A DNA stretch of 17,899 nucleotides from Candidatus Rokuibacteriota bacterium (GTDB lineage Bacteria; Methylomirabilota; Methylomirabilia; Rokubacteriales; DASRDR01), in NCBI GenBank assembly GCA_044866005.1, contig JBIOTN010000113.1, forward strand, positions 1 through 17,899, given 5' to 3'. The translations under genes were made by a program, and so were the position numbers. The notes beneath the pieces were generated by a model. It had not been told where the DNA came from. It did not search any database and worked only from the letters and a program-made list of their open reading frames with translations. Each line of letters begins with the position of its first letter. The first letter of the stretch is position 1. This document shows, piece after piece, positions 1 through 7,523 of the stretch.

Positions 1-69
1 ACCTCGTCTCGGTAACGTGGCGGAAAGGAGCCGGAGGTCCGCGCGGGCGCCGATCTCCGAGCGGCGGCT

Positions 70-122
70 TCCCCCCCGCAAACGAGGGGGGGCATCGGGG
101 GGGGCTTCCGAGACCCCCCCGA
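70..122. repeat. Tandem G/C-run hairpins immediately downstream of the minus-strand UbiD gene (terminator-like or REP-like element)
   Basis: C7 run (71-77) can pair with G7 run (86-92); TCGGGGGGG (95-103) is the reverse complement of CCCCCCCGA (114-122). Lies 5 nt past the stop at 128. No U-tract. Confidence 0.45.
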
Positions 123-127
123 GGAAC

Positions 128-1558
128 CTAGAGGCCCAGGACCTCCCGCCACTTCCGAAACGTCTCGTCCAGCAACTCGGGCGTCGCCTCCGCCACGGGC
201 GGGAACTCGTCCCGCCACTCGTAGGGGCGGCAGGCGTCGATGAGGGCCCGGGAGTTGAGTCCCTTCTGGCCCGGGCGGATGGCCGGATCCAGCGGGCCGC
301 TCCAGGCGCGGCGGATGATGTCGATGGAGCGCTCGGGGTCGGACCGGGTGGAGATCGCCCAGAGGACGTCCCACGTGCTCGACGGGTCGATGTCGTCGTC
401 CACCACGACCACGTACCGGCCGAGGTAGGCGCCGGCCTGGCACTGGGCCGCCGCCAGCACGGTCTGCCGGGCATGGCCGGGATACGCCTGCTTGATCGAC
501 ACGATGTTGAAGAGCCGCCCGCCGCCGGCCTCGTGACACCAGACACCCTTCACGTTCGGAATGCCCATCTTCTCGAGCTGGTCCCAGATCAGCGCGGACT
601 TCACGATTCCCTTGCTGAAGGAATAGTCCGACGGCGGCCGACTGGGACGGGCACAGGTGAGGATCGGATCGTCGCGGTAGTAGACGGCCTGGACCTCGAC
701 GAACGGCTCCGCCCGCTCGCCGCTGGCGTAGTAGCCGGTCCACTCGCCGAACGGCCCCTCGTCCTTCCCCTCGCCGGGCCGCAGCAGTCCCTCGTAGGCG
801 ACCTCGGCCGTCGCGGGGATCGGCAGCCCGGTGTGGCGGCCCTCCATCACCTCGATCGGCGCGCCCTTGAACCCGCCCGCGTAGTCGAGCTCGGAGAGCC
901 CGTAGGGCACCTCGTTGCCCGAGGCGAGGAAGAGCGCCGGGTCCTGCCCCACGCAGACCACGACCGGACACGGCTGGCCGCGCTCGAAATACTTCTGGCG
1001 GTGGATCCGGCCGTGCTTCCCCGGGGACATGTAGAGCCCCACCGTCCGCTTGTCGTGGATCATGCCCCGATACGTCCCGAGGTTGATCCACCCTTCGTCG
1101 GGATCCCGGGTCACCACCAGGCAGCCCGTGCCGATGTACCGGCCGCCGTCCCGCTCGTGGTGCAGCGGCACGGGGAACTTGAGGAGGTCGATCGCCTCTC
1201 CCTCGTCCACGTGCTCGCAGATCGGTCCGCTGTTCGTCGCCTTCGGCGGAATCGGATGAAAGTCGCGGATCTTCTGCCGGTAGGCCTGAACCAGCTCGAG
1301 GCCGCTGTCCACCATGGGCAGGGCCAGGGTGAGGGCCATCCGCTTCACGGAACAGGTCATGCCGAAGAGCGTCCGGAACCCGCGGGGATAGCCCGGCACC
1401 CGGTCGAAGAGGATGGCCGGCGCCGGCTGAGGGCCGCGCCGGTAGAGCAGCTCGGTGATCGCGCCCATCTCGAGGCGCCAGTGGGCGCCGTCGACCGTTC
1501 GGAGCTGGCCCAGCTCGTCGACCCGGGCCAGCCATTCGCGGAGATCGCCGTAGGACAT
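128..1558 (-). CDS. UbiD-family (prFMN-dependent) decarboxylase, substrate unknown, 476 aa
   Basis: N-terminal DLREWL..V...GQL, PAILFDRVPGY, DGGRYIGTG, NLGTYRGM (catalytic Arg), DEGPFGEWTGYY (catalytic Glu motif), VVVVDDDID, WAISTR.DP, IDACRP. GGAG Shine-Dalgarno upstream of ATG on the minus strand. Confidence 0.95.
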   Translation of the reverse strand: MSYGDLREWLARVDELGQLRTVDGAHWRLEMGAITELLYRRGPQPAPAILFDRVPGYPRGFRTLFGMTCSVKRMALTLALPMVDSGLELVQAYRQKIRDFHPIPPKATNSGPICEHVDEGEAIDLLKFPVPLHHERDGGRYIGTGCLVVTRDPDEGWINLGTYRGMIHDKRTVGLYMSPGKHGRIHRQKYFERGQPCPVVVCVGQDPALFLASGNEVPYGLSELDYAGGFKGAPIEVMEGRHTGLPIPATAEVAYEGLLRPGEGKDEGPFGEWTGYYASGERAEPFVEVQAVYYRDDPILTCARPSRPPSDYSFSKGIVKSALIWDQLEKMGIPNVKGVWCHEAGGGRLFNIVSIKQAYPGHARQTVLAAAQCQAGAYLGRYVVVVDDDIDPSSTWDVLWAISTRSDPERSIDIIRRAWSGPLDPAIRPGQKGLNSRALIDACRPYEWRDEFPPVAEATPELLDETFRKWREVLGL

Positions 1559-1698
1559 GACCGCTCCAGCGCGGCGGCCGTCCCGCTCGCGCGCCCGTGA
1601 GGTGGGAACCGGGTGGCGTCCCGACGGCCCCGTCTGGGCGGCGTGGCTCGACCGGCCGCGGGCACGAAGGCGAGGAGCCTGGAAAACCCGCGTGGTTC

Positions 1699-1729
1699 AA
1701 TTTACCATGTTCCCCTTGACGAGGGTCAA
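1699..1729 (-). promoter_or_regulatory. Candidate sigma70-type promoter for the minus-strand UbiD gene
   Basis: Minus strand reads TTGACC (1729-1724), 19 nt, then TAAATT (1704-1699) preceded by TGG (extended -10 pattern), inside an AT-rich patch. The spacing is long. Confidence 0.4.
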
Positions 1730-1730
1730 G
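1715..1730. promoter_or_regulatory. FNR/CRP-family-like palindromic site CTTGAC-N4-GTCAAG
   Basis: CTTGACgaggGTCAAG has perfect 6-bp arms with a 4-nt spacer, matching FNR-box geometry (TTGAT-N4-ATCAA). It could also be two back-to-back -35 hexamers. Confidence 0.5.
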
Positions 1731-1731
1731 C

Positions 1732-1743
1732 TCTAATATTAGA
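1732..1743. promoter_or_regulatory. Palindromic operator candidate for the adjacent GntR/FadR regulator
   Basis: Perfect 12-bp palindrome TCTAATATTAGA ending 8 nt before the regulator ATG; extends imperfectly to AAgcTCTAATATTAGAcaTT (1728-1747). Confidence 0.55.
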
Positions 1744-1751
1744 CATTACTC

Positions 1752-2468
1752 ATGGCCTCCTTCACGCCGACCCGCCGGGAGCGCGTGTCCGCGGAGATCG
1801 TGCAGCAGCTGCGCACGGCCATCCTCACGGGCGGCCTCAGGCCCGGCGACCGGCTCCCGCCCGAGAAGGAGCTGGCCGAGCAGTTCGGCGCGAGCCGCGG
1901 ACCCGTCCGCGAGGCGATCCGGTCGCTCGAAGAGGCGGGGCTCCTGGTCGTCCGCCGCGGGTTCCGGGGCGGGGCCTTCGTGCGGGACGGCGATCTGCGC
2001 CAGGCGACGGAATCGCTGTCGATGCTGATCCGCCTGGGCAAGGCCTCCATCCACGACCTGACGGAAGCGCGGTTGATCCTGGAGCCGCGGATCGCGGCGC
2101 TCGCCGCCCAGCGGATCACGGAGGAGGAGCTGGCCGAGGTGGAGCAGCACGTCGTGAAGCACGCCGCCGCCATCGAGGCGGGCGACCTCTACGCCACCGC
2201 CGATCTCGGCTTCCACCGGATGGTCGCCGCGGCGTCGAAGAACCCGGCGCTCGCCCTCTTCGGGAACGCGATGGCGGACCTCATGGTCCAGGAGGTCGTG
2301 GCGCGCCTCGAGATGGACACGGCGACGAATCGCGCGAATCTCGCCTTCCACGAGCGGATCTACGCGGCGCTCCTCCACCGGGACGCCGACGCGGCCTCCC
2401 GGGAAATGCTCGAGCACGTCCTGGAGGTCCAGGAACGCCTGGCGGCACTCTTGCCGGGAACGAACTGA
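1752..2468 (+). CDS. FadR/GntR-family transcriptional regulator (wHTH + FCD domain), 238 aa
   Basis: IL.GGLRPGDRLPPEKELAEQFGASRGPVREAIRSLE..GL..VRRG..GGAFV wHTH; FCD motifs EARLILE, DLGFHRMV.AASKNP, HERIY.AL, MLEH. Confidence 0.95.
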   Translation: MASFTPTRRERVSAEIVQQLRTAILTGGLRPGDRLPPEKELAEQFGASRGPVREAIRSLEEAGLLVVRRGFRGGAFVRDGDLRQATESLSMLIRLGKASIHDLTEARLILEPRIAALAAQRITEEELAEVEQHVVKHAAAIEAGDLYATADLGFHRMVAAASKNPALALFGNAMADLMVQEVVARLEMDTATNRANLAFHERIYAALLHRDADAASREMLEHVLEVQERLAALLPGTN

Positions 2469-2498
2469 CCGCCCGACGAACTCACCGGAGGAACGGCA

Positions 2499-4049
2499 AT
2501 GGCGAAGTCAGCGGCGACGATCACGAAGAAGGACATCTCGAGCCTCCGGAGCACGCTCGAGCATTTCCGGGAGGCGGGCGAGCTCCTCACCTCCGACGTC
2601 GAGATCGACCCGCATCTGGAGCTGGCGGCGATCCAGAAGCGGCTGGACGGCGGGCCGCCGATGCTGTTCGAGCGGGTCAAGGGCTACCCCAACGCGCGGC
2701 TGGCCAACAACATCTACGCCTCCGCCGATCGCATCGCCCGCCTCTTCGGCGTGGAGGACCCGAGCAAGTTCAAGTTCAAGGCCGTGGAGGCCATCCGCCA
2801 GCCGACCCCCCCGATCGAGGTGAAGGACGCGCCGTGCCAGGAGGTCGTGCTCACCAAGGACGTGGACGTGTGGGACCGCGTGCCCATGATCTCGCACTCC
2901 CAGTCCGACCCCGGCCGCACGCTCGGCGCCGGCAACACCGTCGTCCGCGGCCGGTTCTTCTGGGGCGGCTCCCACATCGGATACAACCGGATGAATTTCC
3001 GGGGCCCCGACTACTCGAGCTTCCAGATCTCCCCGGGCTCCCACATGGACATGATCGCCACCCACTGGTACCGCAAGGAGCCCATCCCGATGACCATCAA
3101 CATCGGGGTGCCGCCCGCCTGCACCCTGATGGCGGGCTCCGGCTTCACCTACATGATCCTGCCCAAGGGGGCCGACGAGCTGGGCGTGGCCGGCTCGCTC
3201 CAGGGCTTCCCGGTGGAGGTCGTGAAGGCCCGGACCGTGGACGCCTGGGCGATCGCCAATGCCGAGTACGTCATCGAGGGCTACCTCGACACGACCCAGA
3301 AGGTGTGGGAGAGCCCCATCGCCGAGAAGGACGGCAAGCAGGGCGTCTACCCCTTCCACCCCGAGTGGGCCGGCTACATGGGGAAGGCCTACCGGACCTA
3401 CAAGTTCCAGGCCACCGCCATCACGCACCGGAAGGACAAGCCGATCTACTACGGCCTCATCGTCCACGGCATGGACGACCACTACATCGACGTGTCCATG
3501 CGCGAGGCCGCCTTCCTCGAGGTCGCCGACCGGATCTCGCCGGGCTTCTGCGTGGACACCCACATCCCCATGGGGATGACCGACTGGGGCGGCGTCATCT
3601 TCCAGGTGAAGAAGCGCCGGCAGCGGGACGAGGGGCTCCAGCGGAACATCCTCACGGCGGCCATGGCGCTCTCGCTCGGGATGAAGCTGGGGATCGCGGT
3701 GGACGAGGACATCGACATCTACGAGCCCGAGGACATCCTGTGGGCGCTGGCGACGCGGACCACCCCGGAGAGCATCCAGACCGTGTGCGCGGGCGGCTTC
3801 GGCCAGACGTTCCAGCCGAGCGCGCGGAGCACGGCCGGCGAGCGCGACTGGACGCAGAGCAACATCCAGTTCCAGGGCGGGCTGGCCATCGACGCGACGG
3901 TGCCGTTCGTCTACAAGGACGCCTTCGAGCGGGCCCGGTACGAGATCGAGCGGGTGGACCTCCAGAAGTGGTTCACGCCCGAGCAGATCGCGCGCGCCAA
4001 GGCGTCACAGGAGAGCTATGCCCGATGGATGTCGGAGCGAGGAATCTAG
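2499..4049 (+). CDS. UbiD-family decarboxylase of the (iso)phthaloyl-CoA decarboxylase-like clade, 516 aa
   Basis: UbiD features (PMLFERVKGYP, AEYVIEGY, IAVDEDIDI, WALATR, IDATVP) plus GGSHIGYNRMNFR, FQISPGSHM, FHPEWAGYMGKAY, MTDWGG and GQTF.P..R...G...WT.SN.QF.GG, which I recall from phthaloyl-CoA decarboxylases. Strong GGAGG SD. Family is secure; clade assignment is from memory. Confidence 0.9.
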   Translation: MAKSAATITKKDISSLRSTLEHFREAGELLTSDVEIDPHLELAAIQKRLDGGPPMLFERVKGYPNARLANNIYASADRIARLFGVEDPSKFKFKAVEAIRQPTPPIEVKDAPCQEVVLTKDVDVWDRVPMISHSQSDPGRTLGAGNTVVRGRFFWGGSHIGYNRMNFRGPDYSSFQISPGSHMDMIATHWYRKEPIPMTINIGVPPACTLMAGSGFTYMILPKGADELGVAGSLQGFPVEVVKARTVDAWAIANAEYVIEGYLDTTQKVWESPIAEKDGKQGVYPFHPEWAGYMGKAYRTYKFQATAITHRKDKPIYYGLIVHGMDDHYIDVSMREAAFLEVADRISPGFCVDTHIPMGMTDWGGVIFQVKKRRQRDEGLQRNILTAAMALSLGMKLGIAVDEDIDIYEPEDILWALATRTTPESIQTVCAGGFGQTFQPSARSTAGERDWTQSNIQFQGGLAIDATVPFVYKDAFERARYEIERVDLQKWFTPEQIARAKASQESYARWMSERGI

Positions 4050-4066
4050 CGGCCGGGAGCTATCTG

Positions 4067-4261
4067 ATGCTGCACGGCGGCGAAGGCGATGTCAGCAGTG
4101 GCGAGGTGAGCCGGCGGCCCGGCCGCTACCGCTCCGAGTGCTGCCGGGCCGCGCGCGACGCGCCCCTCGGGGCGACGCTGCCGCCGTGTCCCACCTGTGG
4201 CCAGCCGGCCGAGTGGACCTGGACCGGTCCCCTGGAGGCCGGGTCGAGGGCCAGCGGATGA
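4067..4261 (+). CDS. Small Cys-rich zinc-ribbon-like protein, 64 aa
   Basis: GGGAG SD at 4055-4059, ATG 4067; contains PGRYRSECC...GATLPPCPTCG...W; fills the gap between UbiD and the ligase; TGA overlaps the ligase ATG (ATGA, 4258-4261). It is the tail of the 1613..4261 shadow ORF. Confidence 0.7.
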   Translation: MLHGGEGDVSSGEVSRRPGRYRSECCRAARDAPLGATLPPCPTCGQPAEWTWTGPLEAGSRASG

Positions 4262-5826
4262 GGCCGGAGGGGGTGGGCGGATCGGCGTTCCGCGACGTGG
4301 ACGCGCTCCTCGCGGAGGCGGCGCGGCGCTGGGGTGAGCGGCCCTATCTCCAGAGCCTCGCGTCGGGGGCGCCGCTGACCTTCGCCGAGGTCGACGCCGC
4401 GTGCCACCGGATCGCCCACCTCCTGGCCGACCGCGGGATCCGGGCGACCGACCGCGTCTCGGTCCTGAGCGAGAACTGCCTCGAGCTGGTCCTCCTCTTC
4501 TTCGGCGTCCAGCGGTACGGCGCCTCCGTGAACCCCATCAACGTCGAGGTGAACGTCAAGAACGTCCGCCAGATCCTCGACGACGTCCAGCCGCGGCTCG
4601 TCCTCTGGAGCCGGACGATCCCCGACGAGCTCCAGATGCTCGTCCGGGACGCCTCCCACGCCGTCCCGTTCACGCCGCGCGGCGCCGCGGCCGGGCCGCC
4701 GGCGGCCCCGGACGATCTCTTCGCGCGCCTCGCGGACTACCCCGCCGCGCCGTGTGACCGTCGCGTGGGGACGCCGCGCGGCATCGCCATCATCGACCAC
4801 ACCTCGGGCACCACGGCCACGCCGAAGGGCGTCTGCATCAGCCACGAGGCCTACTTCTACATGGCGGATTCCCTCGTGCAGCGGCTCGGGATCACGGAGG
4901 CGGACCGGCTCCTCGAGTACCGGGCGCTCTCCTGGGCCTCGCCGCAGGTCCTCTCGCTCGGTCCGACGCTCCAGGCCGGCGCCCGCCTGGTGCTGGCGCC
5001 GAGGTTCTCGCGGACCCGGTTCTTCGACTGGATCCGCGAGCACGGAATCACGATCGCCGCGGGCGTCCCGGCCGTCTTCGAGATGCTCCTGGACCGGCCG
5101 GCGACCATCACGCGGGCCGACCTGCCGACGCTTCGCTTCATCACCAGCAGCGCGGCCCCCCTCCCGGCCGAGCGGCAGCGAGAGTTCGAGCGCCGCTACG
5201 GGCTGCCCATCGTCCAGGGCTGCGGCATGACCGAGGCGGGATTCATGGGCATGAACCCGCCCGACGCGCGGCGGCCCGGGTCGATCGGCCGTCCCGTGCC
5301 CAACATCACCCTCTGGTTCGCCGACGAGCAGGGCGGCCCCTGCCCGCCCGGCCAGGTCGGCGAGCTCACGGTGAGCGGCCCCCAGCTCGGGACCGGGTAC
5401 CTCGCGAGCGGCGGGATGGTGGAAGCCTTCCCCGCCGACGGGTTCCGCACCGGCGACGTCGGGTACCTGGACGCCGACGGCTACGTGTACCTCACGGACC
5501 GGAAAAAGGACCTCATCATCCGCGGTGGGGTGAACATCGCGCCGATGGAGGTGACGAGCGCGCTGCTCGGCCATCCGGGGGTGGCCGAGGCCGCCACGAT
5601 CGGAGTGCCCGACCCCGTCTACGGCGAAGCGGTCGCCAGCTTCGTCGTCCCGCGTCCGGGCCAGACGGTCACGCGCGACGAGCTCCTCGCCCACTGCAAG
5701 GGTCGCCTGTCGGCCTTCAAGCTCCCGCAACACCTGCTCGTGGTCGATGCGATCCCGCGGAGCGACCGCGGGAAGCTCGCCCGCGAGCCGCTGCGCGCGC
5801 TCTGGCAGGCGCTGACCCGCACATGA
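4258..5826 (+). CDS. AMP-forming acyl-CoA ligase (ANL superfamily), probable aromatic or dicarboxylate CoA ligase, ~522 aa
   Basis: HTSGTTATPKG P-loop, GCGMTEAG, FRTGDVG, DRKKDLIIRGGVNIAP.EV, PRSDRGKL. Start moved from 4018 to ATG 4258 because the longer form overlaps UbiD and the small ORF. Confidence 0.93.
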   Translation: MRPEGVGGSAFRDVDALLAEAARRWGERPYLQSLASGAPLTFAEVDAACHRIAHLLADRGIRATDRVSVLSENCLELVLLFFGVQRYGASVNPINVEVNVKNVRQILDDVQPRLVLWSRTIPDELQMLVRDASHAVPFTPRGAAAGPPAAPDDLFARLADYPAAPCDRRVGTPRGIAIIDHTSGTTATPKGVCISHEAYFYMADSLVQRLGITEADRLLEYRALSWASPQVLSLGPTLQAGARLVLAPRFSRTRFFDWIREHGITIAAGVPAVFEMLLDRPATITRADLPTLRFITSSAAPLPAERQREFERRYGLPIVQGCGMTEAGFMGMNPPDARRPGSIGRPVPNITLWFADEQGGPCPPGQVGELTVSGPQLGTGYLASGGMVEAFPADGFRTGDVGYLDADGYVYLTDRKKDLIIRGGVNIAPMEVTSALLGHPGVAEAATIGVPDPVYGEAVASFVVPRPGQTVTRDELLAHCKGRLSAFKLPQHLLVVDAIPRSDRGKLAREPLRALWQALTRT

Positions 5827-5833
5827 GGTCCTC

Positions 5834-6412
5834 ATGAGACTGGTGGTCGGCATCTCCGGGGCGACGGGCGTCATCTACGGGATCCGGCTGCTCGAGGTCC
5901 TGCGACACCACGCCGAGCTGGAGACCCACCTCGTCGTCAGCCGGGCGGCGAAGCGCACGATCGTGGAGGAGACGGATTACGCCGTCAAGGACGTCGAGGC
6001 GCTCGCGACGCAGGCCTACGACGACCGGGACATCGGCGCCGCGCTCGCCAGCGGCTCGTTCAAGACGGCCGGCATGATCATCGCCCCCTGCAGCATCAAG
6101 ACGGCCTCGGCGCTGGCGAACTGCTACGCCAGCACCCTCATCGCGCGGGCCGGTGACGTGACCCTGAAAGAAGGGCGCCCGCTCGTCGCGGTCGTCCGCG
6201 AGACGCCGCTCCACGTCGGCCACCTCCGCCAGCTGCTCGCCCTGGCGGAGATGGGCGCGGTCATCCTGCCGCCGGTGCCGGCCTTCTATCACCGCCCCCA
6301 AACCGTCGACGACATCGTCAACCACACGGTCGGACGCGTCCTCGACCGGTTCAACGTGGCCCACGGCCTGGTGCGCGAGTGGACCGGGAGCGGGCGCCCG
6401 CCGCGAACCTGA
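5834..6412 (+). CDS. ubiX: UbiX flavin prenyltransferase (prFMN synthesis), 192 aa
   Basis: VVGISGATG..YG.RLLE, ASGSF...GM.IAPCS.KT, RAGDVTLKEGRPL..V.RETPL, PPVPAFYHRP; GAGG SD overlapping the ligase stop. Confidence 0.96.
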   Translation: MRLVVGISGATGVIYGIRLLEVLRHHAELETHLVVSRAAKRTIVEETDYAVKDVEALATQAYDDRDIGAALASGSFKTAGMIIAPCSIKTASALANCYASTLIARAGDVTLKEGRPLVAVVRETPLHVGHLRQLLALAEMGAVILPPVPAFYHRPQTVDDIVNHTVGRVLDRFNVAHGLVREWTGSGRPPRT

Positions 6413-6458
6413 CACGCCCGCCCGAGGCGAGAGACCCGGGCGCGGAGGAGAGCCGCCG

Positions 6459-7523
6459 ATGACGATCTCCAACAGCTCCGCCACGATGCGGACCACGTAC
6501 CAGCAGTGGCAGGAGGCCGAAGGCCTGCCCGTGATCCGAGGCTTCTACGTGGAGGACCTCCGGACCGTCGTGCTCTCCCCCTGGGCGCGCACGGGCGGCC
6601 GCGGGGTCTTCATCGACATGGAGGGCACCGGCGGGACCAACGCCTCCTACGTCTGCGAGATCCCCCCCGGCGGGAAGCTCGCGCCGCGCCGCCACCTCTA
6701 CGAGGAGGTCGTCTACGTGCTGGCCGGTCGCGGCTCGACCGCCGTGTGGGTCGACGGCGGCCCCCGGATCACCTTCGAGTGGCACGCCGGAAGCCTGTTC
6801 GCGATCCCCCTCAACGCCCGGTACCAGCACTTCAACGCCTCGGGCACGGAGCCGGCCCGCTACTACGCGGTCAACAGCGCCCCGCTGGTCATGAACCTCT
6901 TCCACGACGACGAGTTCGTGTTCGACAACCCCTTCGTGTTCCGCGACCGCTTCACCGGGGAGACGGAGAGCTTCGGCGGCAAGGGCACGTTCCTCGCCAG
7001 CCGGGTCTGGGAGGCCAACTTCATCCCCGACGTGCGGACGTTCCAGCTCATCGAGTGGAAGGAGCGCGGCGCCAGCGGGACCAACATCCTCTTCGAGCTG
7101 GCCAACAACACGCTGATCGCGCACATCTCCGAGTTCCCGGTCGGCACCTACAAGAAAGCGCACCGCCACGGGCCGGGGGCCAACGTGATCATCCTGAGCG
7201 GCCAGGGCTTTTCCCTGTGCTGGCCGGACGGCCAGTCCTGGACCAAGGTCGACTGGCACGAGGGCAGCGTCTTCGTCCCCCCCGACTACTGGTGGCACGA
7301 GCACTTCAACACCGGCGGGACGCCGGCGCGCTACCTGGCGATCCGCTGGGGGAGCGTCAAGCACAAGCTCGACGACAAGTGGGACGGGCTCGCCAGCGAC
7401 CGCGCCAAGGGCGGCAACCAGATCGAGTACGAGGACGAGGACCCGGCCATCCGCGAGCTCTTCGAGGCCGAGCTGGCCAAGGCCGGGGTCACGAGCCGCA
7501 TGCCCGCCGTCGCGCGGCGCTGA
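6459..7523 (+). CDS. Bicupin (two cupin domains) metalloprotein, function unknown, 354 aa
   Basis: Cupin 1: PRRHLYEEVVYVLAGRG...FAIPLNARYQHFN. Cupin 2: KAHRHGPGA.VIILSGQG...FVPPDYWWHEHFN. GGAGGAG SD upstream. Confidence 0.88.
   Translation: MTISNSSATMRTTYQQWQEAEGLPVIRGFYVEDLRTVVLSPWARTGGRGVFIDMEGTGGTNASYVCEIPPGGKLAPRRHLYEEVVYVLAGRGSTAVWVDGGPRITFEWHAGSLFAIPLNARYQHFNASGTEPARYYAVNSAPLVMNLFHDDEFVFDNPFVFRDRFTGETESFGGKGTFLASRVWEANFIPDVRTFQLIEWKERGASGTNILFELANNTLIAHISEFPVGTYKKAHRHGPGANVIILSGQGFSLCWPDGQSWTKVDWHEGSVFVPPDYWWHEHFNTGGTPARYLAIRWGSVKHKLDDKWDGLASDRAKGGNQIEYEDEDPAIRELFEAELAKAGVTSRMPAVARR

Noticed and set aside
1613..4261. 882-aa plus-strand ORF and other long overlapping ORFs (17..1600, 4126..5874, 7331..9067, 10707..14390, 10922..13372)
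   Set aside because: Arg/Gly/Pro-rich or antisense shadow frames expected in very high-GC DNA; they overlap genes with clear family motifs. Only the last 64 codons of 1613..4261 are retained.
128..6412. Ubiquinone/menaquinone biosynthesis role for ubiD/ubiX
   Set aside because: No ubiA or mqn genes nearby; context of a GntR regulator, CoA ligase and Pcd-like motifs indicates catabolism.
6506..7522. Apparent 852-aa protein (long N-terminal extension of the EutA-like gene)
   Set aside because: The first ~339 codons are a low-complexity alternative frame over the cupin; the EutA-like protein starts at ATG 7523.
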